A stretch of DNA of 64,000 bases from Gekko japonicus (lineage: Eukaryota): NCBI RefSeq assembly GCF_001447785.1, contig NW_015164665.1:1421008-1485007 (forward strand), given 5' to 3'. Numbering within the stretch: the stretch's first letter is position 1; each line of letters opens with the position of its first letter. The translations under genes and the position numbers were made by a program. The notes below the pieces were generated by a model, which did no database searches, was not told the DNA's origin, and saw only the letters and a program-made list of their open reading frames with translations. Of the stretch, positions 11,701-24,792 are shown piece by piece.

Positions 11701-14700
11701 TATCTACAGTAACAGCTTCTGCTCATTCCTGAGACTTGCTGGACCATCAAACAGGTCCTTTGGATGGAGATATCTGGCTGCTGTACCAGCAATGTCACTA
11801 AACATAGTTGTAAGCTGATGCCGCAAAGAGACACAGCACTACACATGGTTAAAACTGGGTTGATAGTAAGTCTGAGAGAATTTGTAGCCATAACCAGAGG
11901 CTACAATTCTACTTTTGATTATGTGGAATTACTTTGAGGGGTAGCATCATAGTGAAAAATATGAGTTCAGAATTTTAATATTTGGATATATTGTGTCACT
12001 GAGAGATTGGTTAAATGAAGGAATATCATTTGAAGGGCAGCACTCAAAGCCTCAATGACTATAATTTAAGCCAATGCTGGATAAATCACTGGGGGAAAAT
12101 TTCCACTGTAAGAAAAAGATGTTTTTTGTGCAAAAGAATGAGAAAATCGTCCAGTCCACCTTTCATACCGTTATGCATATGGCTCTGTGTTGGTCTTTAA
12201 GAACAAAGAACAACCTATTTTTTTCTGAGTTTGCTAATATACTGACTATGGATCCACTAGATCATTTTTAGACCCTAGCTGCTGACGGGATATGAAAGAT
12301 GCCTGGATTGAATATATTTTATACATAATTTATATTTATTGAAAAGTATTTACCAAGCGATGGATCATTTTGAGGACAGCCTCTTTGAAAGACAGAGGTA
12401 GAATTGTCTTGAGGAAAAATCAGACCTCCGTTTGTAATCAAAGCATGAGGTAAGACATAAGCTTTGCCTCAGTTGCCTCAGTGCCCTTTCCACTTGATCC
12501 ACACGCTGGCAATTGGAAGGATGGCAACAATCTCTCCTCAGGCCTTGTGGTCTCATTAGTGCATAGTGGTGAAGGAACCTTAGCCGTGATTACAGGCATG
12601 CCCAGTATTTTTGCCCAAAAGAGTACCCTAATTTATGTAATGGCTTTGTCTCTCTGGAATGCTCAATAAAATATTAGTCTGTAAGTAGGTATGCCTGCCA
12701 GCTGATGGTTTGCCAAGTCCCCCTGCCTTGAGAAGTAATGCAGATGACCATGGGAGTCCTCCTCACTGGTTTAGGGATTTCCAAAGCCGATACATTTTCC
12801 AGCAGGAAAAGGTGCATGATGTATCCAATCCCGATGACATGAAATATTAAATTAAAAAAGAACTGACATGTTTTTCTGTGTTAAAAATAGGCATAGATCA
12901 ATAAAGGGAACTAACACACTAGTAGGAAAGTAGGATCAAGGTGAGACGATGCAAGTTCAGCAATGCCTTTTCTGAAGAAGTGCTTTTGCAGGAAGAGTTT
13001 GCAGGATTAGAAGGAATTAATGAACAGATAGAAGAAAGCTGCTATGGTCATAGGCAGCATGGCTGCAGAAGATGAGGACATAAAAGAGGTCAGACAAGGA
13101 AGAGTGAAGTATTTTCATGGAATGAAAGGGTTTTTTTTTTCTGGCTGACAACAGTTTATGATCCTTTCCCCCCACTTTTTTGGGGAGGGGCTCTCCCTGC
13201 TGCTTTCAACCTTCATCACTGACAAGAGGACAAAGCTCCTTCCCTGGGTCACCGCACATGTCCATGTGGATTTGTTTGGAATCCTCAGATGTCTCCATCA
13301 TTCTGCAGGGCTGAGAGCTTAAGTATCTAAAATTAGTGTGGTCTAAGAGATAAATAATTCAGCATTATTTGCTAAGGTTGGGACATGACTTGCTAATTCT
13401 GTAACAGAGGGTTTCCCTTCAGGACACCTCTGCTGCCTGTTTGCTATGCCCTCCTGTTTTAAATAGAGTATCTCAGCATGTCTCCTTAGTAGGATGAGTC
13501 AGACTCTTTTAATATGCATGCAGACATCTCATACCTGACAAACCGCCACAAGAGTTCTCCCAGAGGAGGCAATTTTTTAAAAGGATTTTTTCCCCTGTAC
13601 AATGTTTCCGAACTCAGCCAAAGCATTTTTGTTGTTAAGATTTGGATGAAAAAAATAATTATGTGCCTTGTCTCACACTTTCCTGTATAACACTTCAGAG
13701 AAAGAGTGACTAGTAACCATTGATCCCACTCACATTTGAAGCCTATTATGTTCAGCAACCAATAGCCACATTGCAGAATCAGTATTAAACAAAATTGCAA
13801 TAAGAGGCCAGAGGCAAGAGAAAATTGTTCTTGGGAAGTTGCTGTATAATAATAAAAGACAGAGGTCACATTGTTTCATGTTTGCCTAATTTCAGGATGC
13901 GGATTGATTCTTAGACATTTAATGGTTTTAAACAGGATACCTCATTTAATTAGCAAGAATAAGCACATTCATATAATAAAATAGGCATTTTTAAATGGAG
14001 TTTTGTGATAGAAGCAATTGACCCTATTTTAAAATGGCTACCACCTGCTATTTTAATGTGCACTCATACGAACAAGGCAGGTCTGTTATTTCTTTAACAT
14101 CCCTTGCACTCTACTGTGCTAATTTGCTCACTGCATTTAGACTTTAGTCTTGGACCTAATTTATTACTTCATTTTGTAAAGTTATTATTTTTGCCTAATT
14201 ATTCCTTGAGAAAGTGTCTCCACATGGTGTGATCTTCCATTTACCACGTTTCTGTGGTTTTTTGCACAACTGCTACACCCAGACACAAGAAGCCCCAAGG
14301 AACTTGTGCCCAAGCAATCCTAAGAACAGTTTCCTGGGAGTACAACCCATTGAATAGACATGCATAGGATTCTGAGTAGACCTGCTTAGGATTGCTGTTA
14401 TAGTTCTGGAGCACAATGTTTCCCATGGTTCCTTGTGCCTGTGACACTGCTATGACCCTTATGGAAGGAAAGAGAAGAGAGATTCATGCACTGTCCACGC
14501 CCTGTTGTCATGTAAATTTGGGCAAAGGGAAGGTGGTGGCAGAGAAGCAAACTAGACCTGATGGAGAAAGAAAATCTACTATAGACCCCCTGGAAGCATT
14601 GCCCAAATTCTGGAGGTCTGGCTTACTTTATTTGGGAGGCATTTAGAATTGAGGAAACTTATAGTCCCAAAAACCCAGTTTGAATTTTATGCCAGTCACT

Positions 14701-14831
14701 TCTTGGAATGTCCTGGATTCCAATTTTACTTCAATGACAAACTCCCTTGGTGGCCTTAGAGAAATCAGTTTTCTGCAATACATTGGATAATACTTTCCTG
14801 CCTTATGGATTGTTGAAATAATATGTGTGAA

Positions 14832-15043
14832 CAGGCCTGTAGCTACAGTGGGTCATCTCGGGGCCCAGCCCCCTGACTTACTGCCAATGCCCGCCAACTT
14901 CCCATCCAGCCCAGGCCCCCTGACTTTCATTTTTAAATTTTATTTGTGGTGCTCCCTTGGGGGTGTGTTTGGGGTGTCTGTGTGGGGTGCCCCCTAACTT
15001 ATTTAAAGGCCCCCTGAATTTAAACATTCTGGCTACGAGACTG
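14832..15043. mobile_element. hAT-type MITE
   Basis: TIRs caggcctgtagc / gctacgagactg. Perfect 8-bp TSD tgtgtgaa (14824-14831, 15044-15051). Confidence 0.9.
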
Positions 15044-15985
15044 TGTGTGAAGCATTTTGAACATTCTTATCATATCAATATCATATAATTCTAAGGGATC
15101 ATATTAATATGAAGATTCAACTGTCAGGAGCCAGTGCCCAGTCCTGACTCAGTCCTGCATCAGCTGCCCAAGCTGAAGGTGACAGGGATCCAGGCAGAGT
15201 ACAGCCAGAACAAGGCAGGGAGCCAGGCAGTGGTGGGCAGGGATGCAGTCAGAAGGCAAGGCTGGTCTGAGACTTGGGGAAGGTCAGAATGGGAGGGGCT
15301 AAGAGTCAGCCTTGAACAACAAGGCGAAGGAGCAGGGTGCATGCACACACAGAGAAAGGCCAGTTGCCCTGTTTGCTGGTGGGACATTGGAAGGCAGGGA
15401 GACCGTCTCAGGAGTGGGGAAGTCTCACACCAATCAACTTTTTCACTAGTCAAAAAGGGAGGAAGGGCTCCCCTTTGACTGCCAAAAAGGCTATACTGAT
15501 GATCATGGGTCCTGCATGAACAAAAGCCATGTGGGCTATTGTACAAGGGCGTAGACTTTCCAATTTCCCGGGGGGGGGCTGGGGCTGGGCCAGAGGCATT
15601 GCTGTGCTAGGTCCTTAAAAGAACCAAGGCCCAGGGACATCATAGGGATGAGCCAGTGACGTCACAGGCCATTGTCACTATTTATGGAGGCGGAGCCATG
15701 TGGGATTTAGGAAGGGGTTCTCCGGAAATTTAGGGGGACCTGGAAACCCTTGAGAACCCCCCTAGCCAGGCCCAATGGCTCAGAAACAAAGCATGGCATG
15801 GGCAAAATCCTCTATATAAAACCCTGGAGAACCACTGCCAGTCTGAGTAGACAATGATGACACTGATGGTAGAGAAATCATGCTTTGTGTGCCAGAGGAT
15901 AAAGGTTTAAACCGAGAAGGTCTAAGAAAACAGGTGTTGGAAAGGATCTGTCTCTGTCTGAATCTCTAGAGATCACCTGCATCTT

Positions 15986-16330
15986 ATGTTCTTACGTTTG
16001 CAGAAGAAAATTCAATCGAAATGCAAATTAAAGAAAAAAGAATATGCTGTAACCCTCCAAAATTCTAAAGCTATATTCCAAAGCTATGTTACTGAATTAA
16101 ACACAGCAGAAAGCATGTATCCCGAAAATGACCATTCTTTTAAAATTAAGGTGTTTCTTCCTGTTATTGATCACACTATAAGTGAATTTAAGAGAAGATC
16201 TACAGAGAACTGCAATATTCTAAATGGGGTTAGTGCTTTCAGTCCCAGGTGCTGCTACTTTCCTGATCCAGAAAAACTGAACTACTGACCTTCCACAGCC
16301 TGCAGTTCAGCGTCAAAACCAACATGAACA
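15986..16330 (+). pseudogene. hAT (Tip100/Blackjack-like) transposase fragment
   Basis: FKIKVFLPVIDHTISEFKRRSTENCNILNGVSAFSP fits the F.P.ID..I.E...RF......IL motif of ZMYM1/PRKRIR-related hAT transposases. Confidence 0.65.
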
Positions 16331-16679
16331 CTGTGTTTTTGAAGTGAAAGCAAACTGGAAGTGGCCTGAATGGCAGAGAAGCATTTATTTCATGAGCAAA
16401 AAAACCTGTACCTGTTAGCTATGTTGGTACACATCTTCTTGGTCTCCGGCAAAACCTGGGGTGGAGTTCCCCGGGGGGGGGGGAATCAGCCCCATGGCCA
16501 ATACCCATTTTATTAGTCTCAAAAAGTTATTTACAGAAAAGATGTTTTGGTGCCTTCCTTGAAGCTGGGAAAGATGCCCATTCAGTCGATGTTTTCACTT
16601 TGAATAGATGCCACTTTGCAGCTAGTTGATAAGGGACAAAGGTTTGTGGAGCAGCAGGGAAGAACCCACAATGCTCTAA

Positions 16680-17480
16680 AGCGGACCCTTTCAGAGCGGG
16701 ACAAAGGGGAGACTTCCTGCCCCTTCTTCTTCCCTTACTCTTCGCATATGAGACCAATCCGGGCCGGCAAAAAACGCAGCAAGGCATAAACAGTTGCAAA
16801 TGGGAGGAGGAAGGCTCCGGCTTGCTTTGCATAGTAAGCCTTGCCTGGAATGAATCGAGAGGGAAGTTGGACGCGGCCCGCGACCTGGGTGCCTGCTGGG
16901 GAGGGGGGAGGGGGGTCTGTGCTTGCCGGCTTGCATTGCATCGCATCGCTCTTCTCTGGAGCTGGAGGGGGTGCAGAAGGTGAGGGGGGGGCTTGGGGCT
17001 TGGACAGGCCGGATCCTTTCTTCACAGATCCAGTCCGCTGCAAGCAGCTGGGCCCGGCTCAGTGTCGCGGGAAACAGCCGTGGCCGTTCCCGCTCAGTCT
17101 CAGGCCCTTGCGCCAGAGCAGAGGAGGAAGTTGAGGAGAGAAGGAATACAGTTCCTAGGCAAGGAGGCTTTCACGTTGCTTGGGTGGTTGTCCGGCTGCC
17201 AAGCACGGCGGCGCGGCACCTGTGAGGGGTTGCCTGCAAGCGGAGGGCCCCCCCCCCACGGCGCTTGCAGTCTTCGGGTCTCTGGGGCCAGCGTGGTGAG
17301 GAGCCAGGCTCGGCCAGAGCGGATCTCCCAGGCTGTCGGTCTGCGGCTGCTCCTTTTGTCCTATGGGACAGCACAGCAATTCCCTGAGGCCGCATTTAGA
17401 ATGAAATCCACGAGGGGGGAATAATAAGGTCTGGGAGGGTGAGGGGTGGGCTCCCCTGCCCCCCCGAAGATTACGCCGGT
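16680..17480. promoter_or_regulatory. CpG island, putative promoter and first exon
   Basis: Dense CpG in non-repeat sequence; CCAAT at ~16754; G-runs at 16898-16915; donor AAG|GTGAGG at 16979/16980. Confidence 0.7.
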
Positions 17481-17574
17481 GCTATTGTAAATAAGGGGAC
17501 TGAATGAGACTGAGTGAAAGAGCTGGCTGGATCCAACCCATATTATTTTTCCCACCTGTGTGGTAAAAATGGGT

Positions 17575-17636
17575 GTTCTAATCTTCTATATTCCTCTGTC
17601 TCTGTCTTTCGCTCTCTCTCTCTCTGCTTTTACAGC
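17575..17636 (+). other. Candidate 3' splice acceptor
   Basis: Branch-like ttctaat (~17577), a ~40-nt pyrimidine tract, then ttttacag|ct at 17635/17636. Confidence 0.45.
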
Positions 17637-19984
17637 TATAGCCTTGAGCAGAAAATTACATTCTTGTGTAATGTTTATGTAACCCCTACTAGGAATGGAA
17701 TAAACCAGGAAGGGGTGGAGCCTTTAGATGCAGAAGGGTGCAGAATGTGTGGAAAGCAGAACAGGGAAGCAACATTGCCCTGCTGGGAAGCTTGAACCTT
17801 AATCATAGGCTTTTAACACCTTGTTTAAGAATTATTTTTTCAGGGCTGTGTTATCTAATGAGGAATTCATTTGGGACCCTCATCTTCAAAGCAGATGCAC
17901 AGAGTGTTCAGCTGGAGATGAACTTTGGGGATAGCAAGGTGTGAAGGAGGGAAAAGTTAATTGTTTGGACTTTAAAAGATCATTGTTATGTTGTGTTACT
18001 AAATTCTGTGTTTTTGTTACATGATATGATATTAAGTGAAAAGTAAAAATGCGTTATTGTCTTTGAATTATTTCAAGATTCATTCCAAGTTCTGCCCCAC
18101 AGAACCCACAAACTAAGGTTACATTTACACATACATATAGCATGCGTACAGAAAGAGGATCAAGAGTAAAGCAGCAAAATGGTTGAAAATAACTTCTATA
18201 GAACTCATTTGGCCAATACTGATTCTATTCAGTGAGGAACCGTATTGCACTTTAACAACAGCTGGAACGAAATACTGAACAGCTTTGTGTAATGTCAGAG
18301 TCAAGCATTTGTATTGCATCTCTTTCACATCTTTATTCTTTAAAACTGTCAGCAACTGGTCAGAATTCCAAGTATCTGCTTGATGACCATACATAACAAA
18401 CCACAGACCAACTTTTGTGTACTACGTTCAATCCTACACAGTGCATAGAGAGGAAGTATCACCATTACTCTCAGTATCCAGGACCAGCACTAAACAAAAC
18501 CCCACACTAATATTGGGAATATACGTGGGATAAGTACTCCAGAAAGACCAGCCAAGAGAAGTATCACATTTTATTATCTTCTGAGATACTACTGGAATGT
18601 AACCTGAGTGCTGCATGACCCTGAAACCTTTCCACTGTAGACTACCATTTTCCTCAACAGAAAACACAATAAGTAGTAGATTTAAGCCAGTATGAACAGT
18701 CTTTAGCAGCTTGGAGTGCACTGCAAGTATAATTTTCTCTTGCTGGCATGACAAGGTCTCATCAGTCAGCGGCACCCTTTCCTTCCCACATTCTGTCTGT
18801 ATTAGATTCCTTCCTTCCTTCTTGCTGCTTTGCCGCACTATTGCTTCATTAAAGCTTTCTGGAGACTAAACCTTAGTTTCTTTTTCCCCCTTTTTCTTTT
18901 TTTGGTTGGGCTGTAGCAGTTGAATGCACAGTGCTGCAGCTTACTAGTAATTTCAATTGGCTATTAAAATAGAGCACAGCACATTAAAACCACTGCTTTA
19001 TTCCTGTAGAAATACTTAACATCCAAAAGGTCCTCATTCTTCTCAACAAAGAGTTGTAGTGCAGCAACAAAGCAACACGTTCGTCCATGGCAGTCAATGG
19101 AAGCAGAAGAATCATCTACTGGACTGTTCTCTCCTTTGCCTTTTCTGAACAAGCAGATTTTTACTTATTTCTGAGCAAGTTTTACATCCAGCATACCCCA
19201 CGAAGCAGATATCATCATAACCTATTTTTACTTTGATAACAGTTCCTTCCTTCCGCACAGAGGCAAGCAATTCAGAACAGCCCATGCATGTGTACAGGAT
19301 ATTATTTCACTTGTTTCCATTAAAATCAATTGCAGGGGTGGAGGAATACTTCAAACAGCTGTAAATCCTCCCACTGACATTCTTACTTCTTTGGAAAGTG
19401 CAGCACAGTCCTACATCAAAGCCACTCTCCCATTGCCAAAAAAGAAAAAGAAAAGAAAGATCAATTTTTTTACATGAATCAAGCAGCTGGGAATTTCACC
19501 TTAATAGTGAAATCGACACATTTAGTAAGAATAAAAATACCTCGATGGCTCCTTTGCTTCCAGCCAAATGCTAAACCTTTCCCTGTGTTGATTCTTGTAC
19601 CCTGTATTGATTCTTGTACCTGGTGTGTAAGAAGATGTATCAGAGGATTCCTAGCCCAAGAAATCAAATACACAGAATGGACTTTCCCTTCCAATGCCAT
19701 CCTCTGAACATGCACACTCATCTTCCCTGTCCTAGAGGTGAAATGCCTCAACCTTTGAGGTCTTAACAGACCCCTCTCAAACCATGTAAAATACATAAAA
19801 CTTCTTCATGTAACTTGTGCCACTTCATAGTCTGAGTATTCTCGTACAGTAGAATAGTTGATTGTTCTGTAATGTTTTGATACCAGTGTTTCACGGGGCT
19901 TCATTAAAAATGGTGTGTTGGTGAGTTAGACCCCAATGAAAGGGAACAGGGAAATACTGCACATATTCAAGGTATTCAGTATCT

Positions 19985-20195
19985 GGAAGACCAGATACTG
20001 AAGCTGAAGCTCAAATACTTTGGCTACCAAATGAGAAGGGAGCACTCACTGGAGAAGACCCTGATGCTGGGAAAGAGAGACAGTGTCATCGATGCAACGA
20101 ACATGAAGTTGAGCAAACTCTGGAGCACGACAGAAGACAGGAGGGCCTGGCGTGAAGTGGTCCATGGGGTCACGAAGAGTTGGACTTGACTGTGT
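19985..20195 (+). mobile_element. RTE/BovB LINE 3' fragment
   Basis: ctgaagctgaagctcaaatactttggc (LKLKLKYFG), ctggagaagaccctgatgctgggaaag (LEKTLMLGK), gtccatggggtcacgaagagttggac. Confidence 0.9.
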
Positions 20196-20919
20196 CCCCA
20201 AAGGTCCAAAAGTTTTGGAAAACTTCCATTCAAGAACACAACAGATACTTTTTGCAGATGCAGCAGTTAAAAGAAGATAATTACCATTTAATTTTTTCTG
20301 TTCATACTTCTGAGTCAAAGGAGAAAGTACATAAGTGAGGTATTAGTAATTTAGGATCAGAATTAATGTTGGGAATCACCATAAATATATACTCTGTACT
20401 ATGACTAACACATCTATTTTATTAGCTATTTAATTTGCTAGGTCCCCATCACTGTCACTGGTTCCCATAGGGGGTGGAGCTCTTCCCATGACTATGTATT
20501 TGGGGCAAGACTGTGAGCAAGCTCCAGCTGTACAAGCAAGAGAACCCCTGCAACAAAGCCATTGCCACCACAGAAGCAAGGCATCTGGGAAGAACAGAGG
20601 TAAACAAGCTAAGCAAATGTGTGAGTTCTTCAACAGCTAACGAACTAGACCACTAATCTCTGTGCCTTTATTAAATAATTGCATAGCTCCAAACAAACAT
20701 GTGAGTTTCAAGTTAAAAATAGTCTTTTAAAAATGCAGCCATGAAGTTAGTAGGAGGGCGGAGGTTATCCTGTGTATTGCACAAGCTTGTCACATGTAAG
20801 ACTATCTGCTTGTTGGGTTGAAATTGTGGGTGTTTAGTATGTGACATTCAGAGAAAAACTGTATACCAGAAGCCAAGCTGAGACAAGCAGAGAGAGATAT
20901 AGGTGAGACTTTTAAGGAA

Positions 20920-21537
20920 CTGTGAGAGCAGGTGTCCCCAAACTGTTTGAGCTTGTGGACATCTTTAGAATTCTGACATAGGGAGGCAGAGTCAACCACG
21001 AAGTGGTTGCCTCAGGTGGTGGAGCCAACCACAAAATATCAGGGAGTGAGTTTAGGTATAAATATAATAGTAACTGTCTAACATGGCCCTCATTTGCCAT
21101 AAGTTTGTTCACTGTCTGTTTCATGTCACTGCCTTGTTTCATTCCAGCTGGGAATTGGGGGGAAGTGTGCGAGGGTTTATGTGGAGCTGCTTTGCTGAGA
21201 GTTGCACTGGCTTGTAACTGCATCCATGTGGGGCCTCCCCATTGTGGGAAGTATGCGTGCTTGATCTTGAGTACCAGACACGGCTAGATAGTATAACTGT
21301 AGGCTTTCAGGAGGGTTAATGAAGCATAGTAGTTTTGGCGGGCTGGATGTATGGGTGTGATTGGCCTGGTCATGGGGGGGGGGGTTTGTTGTTTGAAGTA
21401 TGTATAATATGAGAACTGGTGCCAAGGGAGCCAGTTCTGACACAGATTCGTCTATGTTTGAAACCTCTTTATCTCTCAAAAAACAAATCACTGCCAAAAG
21501 AGTGATGTTGGGAGCAAGTACCTTCAGGACTTGACAC
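20920..21537 (+). mobile_element. Probable decayed solo LTR
   Basis: TATA-like gtataaat (~21056) and an end at gacttgaCA, followed by another TG-starting LTR-like block (21538-22000). No TSD confirmed. Confidence 0.35.
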
Positions 21538-22429
21538 TGTCACAGGTCCCAGTGCCTTGTGCCTCCCCTAGAGGGTGGCAGGTCACAGCAAGCTGGGCAG
21601 AGGTAGTGTTTCCATCCCTAGAAAGCAGAACTCCAGGCACAAATGAAGGTCCAAGCAATGGTTTATTTTCGGGATGGGGGCAGTGGTTACATTCATCCAG
21701 CCTCTCCTCCACCATTCAACCACTCCCAATGCCGTATTACAGCTTTTAAGGCTCACCTCAGTAGTTGGACCCTCCCCTTGAGCCTCATTCTTACTCATCC
21801 TCCAGACCAGTTAGGCCTTCTCATGCCTAAGGGCCAGAGACACCTGGCCAGAGACACCTGGATCCAGCCTCACCCAACTGAATGCATGTTGGGTCAGACC
21901 GTCCCAATGGGGATTTCCCATGCTTGTGTCCCTGACCTGTAGTACTCCGGGCCATCACGAAGGGCATAGCCTGCCACTGCCCTATAGTCTCTGGCCCACC
22001 TGGGCCTAACAAGTCTTCCTGTCAAGTAACTCTTCAGCATTTCAGGCAGAAGCATTGCTTAACAGGATGCCCCTTAAAATGAATATATTGTTTAAAACAT
22101 TTTCTTGCATAGACAGTTTACCTTCAGTCACACAGTGATGATCATTGTGCTCTGATGACAGCTGCTGCCAAAGCATTCTTCTTCTTTTTTGGTGGGGGGG
22201 GGGAAATGCACAGATCTCCAGTGGTCAATCAGAAAGCCTGCTGAGCAAAAACCCTTCTACCCCTTTCTAAAAACAATTGTCAGGCACCAGGAAAGGTATC
22301 ATCAGGTACCAGGGTGCCAACAGAAACATGTTAGGGACCCCTGTGTAGAGCGTACTGCTCACACAGTGGTAGTTCTACTGTCAGGAACATTAAGGGTCTC
22401 AGGGTAGGAGAGTATCAAGCTGAAGAGGG

Positions 22430-22517
22430 GGGAAATAATCCCTCAGAAAGGACCTGTTTATCAGATGGCAAGAGTGGGAAATAATCCCTCATAAAGGACC
22501 TGTTTATCAGATGGCAG
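22430..22517 (+). repeat. Short direct duplication (~41 bp x2)
   Basis: gggaaataatccctca(g/t)aaaggacctgtttatcagatggca occurs twice. Confidence 0.9.
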
Positions 22518-23084
22518 ATTTGTATTTGTGCCAAGGGATTCTTCAAGGGATATGAATCTGTGATGAGTGTTCTGACTACATGGTGACCTTCCCTCCTGAG
22601 CCAAACATTTTGGATATTACATGATATCTGTATCAGTAGTTATGGGGTCCTGGAAGGCGGGGGGAGTACATTCTAGGCAGGAGGTTAAAGTCCAGGACTT
22701 CAAAGAAATGTTAGAAATGTTATAATGTTTGAAATTCTTAAAAATGTTGTTTGTTCCAAGTGAAGGGACAGCTAGGAAAAATGAACAGTAGAGTCCTAAG
22801 AACACTTTCCTGGGAGTAAGCCCTATTGATTAGTCTAGAGTAAAATTCTAAGTAGACCTCTTTAGGATTGCTCCATAGGATTATCAGTGCTTAGATAACA
22901 CAGTGCTTTTGAGAGTAAGTGTTCAGATTTGTTAGACACAAGGGACATTTTAGGATAAACTAACCTGGTATAAAAGAGATGGTCCTATTTGAATCAAAAT
23001 GTGATTAAGCTACTAGCACAATATGGAAAGGGTTATAAAGCAGTTTTTAAACTAATTCTTGGGAAAACATGACAAAAACTGGAG

Positions 23085-23300
23085 TGCATTAGGTTTGGGG
23101 TGAGTCATTCTGGTTGATGTATCTCAAAAAGGATACTGTAGCATTAGAAAAGGTGCAGAGAAGGGCAACAAAAATGATCACAGCATTACAGCACCTTTCC
23201 TATGAGGTAAGACTAAGAACTATGAGGGTCTTCTGTTTGGATCAAAGATGATTAAGGGGACGTGGTAAAAATAACTCGTGGTCACCCAATGAATTTAATG
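23085..23300 (+). mobile_element. CR1 LINE ORF2 3' fragment
   Basis: Encodes YLKKDTVALEKVQRRATKMITALQHLSYEVRLRT, the typical CR1 C-terminal motif. Confidence 0.85.
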
Positions 23301-23315
23301 TACTTATTTTCGAGT

Positions 23316-23367
23316 CAGGGTTGCGAAGAGTTGGACTCGACTGTGTGACTGAACAGCAACAACAACA
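23316..23367 (+). mobile_element. BovB/RTE-type 3' tail
   Basis: gggttgcgaagagttggactcgactgtgtgactgaacagcaacaacaac, ending in a (CAA)n tail. Confidence 0.75.
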
Positions 23368-23522
23368 TTTGTATGGTTTGGTATAAAACACAACACACTG
23401 AGTTTCACAGCAAACAGATACTATTATTGAAACAAGCAAGACTAGCTACAGCATGACTGATATAGGGAAGCAGAGACAGATTTTGCATATCACAATATTA
23501 TGTGTTTGTAAAGTCCCATCAA

Positions 23523-24302
23523 TAGGGATGGGCGTGAACTGTGAAAATGCAGTTTGGTTCGGTTCGTGGTTTATGACATGCCCCATTCGCGAACCATGGA
23601 TCACCATGCATTTTTAGCCACCTCACAAACTGGTTTGGTTTCTGAGGTGGTATAACACCACCCACCGGCATGCTAGAGACACCAAACTCAGTGGGGATCT
23701 CCAGCTGACTCTCCTCTATTTGCCCTCCAAGTTTGGTGTCTCTAGCTTGTACAGGATCCATTATATACGCTCCTGAACTTCCTGAACCTGCACAATCAAT
23801 CAAAATGGTCATTTTGACAAGCACAAGTTTAGGAGGTTCAGGAGTGTATAAAATGGATCCTGTGCAATCTAGAGACACCAAACTTGGGGCAGGTAGAGGA
23901 GAGTCAGTCAGAGACCCCCTGTGAGTTTGGTGTCTCTGGCTTGCACAGGATCTGTTTTATACACCCCTGAACCTCCTGAACCAGTGCAGGTTGGAGGTTC
24001 AGAAGTCTATGGAACAGATCCTGTGCAAGCTAGAGATAACAAAGTTGCAGGGGACCTCCCCCAGATGCTTCTCTAGATGTCCTCCAAGTTGTTGCTTTGA
24101 GGTTTTGTGAACATTTTACAGAGTGGAGACAGTCTGTCAGGGAACGTATCAGCTCATGATCTGATATGAACCTCAATGAACAGCTTGAAAGTTCATGGAA
24201 AGTTCATGCTGGTCACCCTTCCATGAATTGACTTCATGAAGAACAAAGCAGCCAAAACTTGTCATGAACTTTAGTTCATGAGCCGGTCCGTGCCCATCCA
24301 TA
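23523..24302. mobile_element. hAT-type MITE (TAGGGATGGGC family) with internal inverted repeats
   Basis: TIRs tagggatgggc / gcccatccata. Internal agagacaccaaact and ggatcctgtgcaa motifs occur in both orientations. Same family as the elements at 41271, 46978 and 61087. Confidence 0.8.
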
Positions 24303-24478
24303 GTTGGCAAGTTGCAGCTGATTTATGGTGACCCCGTAGGTTTTCAAGGCATGAGATTAACAGAGGTGGTTTGCCATTGCCCACTTCTGCACAGATACCC
24401 TGGAATTCCTTGGCATTTTCCCATTCAACCAGGGCTTAGCTTCTGAGATCTGACAAGATCAGGCTAGCCTAGGCCATA
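24303..24478 (-). mobile_element. 5S rRNA-derived SINE with RTE-like 3' end
   Basis: Minus strand gcctgatcttgtcagatctcagaagctaagc matches 5S rRNA GCCCGATCTCGTCTGATCTCGGAAGCTAAGC. Its 3' part ggggtcaccataaatcagctgcaacttg resembles the RTE end at 60795-60830. Confidence 0.8.
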
Positions 24479-24792
24479 GAAGAAGAAGAGGAGGAGAAGG
24501 AGGAGGAGGAGGAGGAGGAGGAGATTGGATTTATACCCCGCCCTTCACTACCCAAAGGTGTCCCAGAGTGGCTTACAAATTCCTTTCCCTTCCCCTCCCC
24601 ACAGCAGACACCCTGTGAGGTAGGTGAGGCTGAGAGAGTTCTTGACAGAAACTGCTTTTTTTCAAGAACAGCTCTTATCAGAACTATGGCTTGCCCAAGG
24701 TCATCCAGCCAGGTGCAAGTGGAGGAGTGGGGAATCAAACCCGGTTCTCCCGGATTAGAGTCCACACACTTAACCACTACACCAAACTGGCT
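24479..24792 (-). mobile_element. tRNA-derived SINE (Squam3-like) with (CTC/CTT)n tail
   Basis: Reverse-complement homolog of 4641-4920: head agccagtttggtgtagtggttaag, B-box gggtttgattcc, 3' gtaagccactctg..gaagggcggggtataaatcc. Confidence 0.9.

Noticed and set aside
16527-17424. Overlapping 100-143 aa ORFs in the CpG island
   Set aside because: Expected by-product of high GC content; no recognisable protein motifs.
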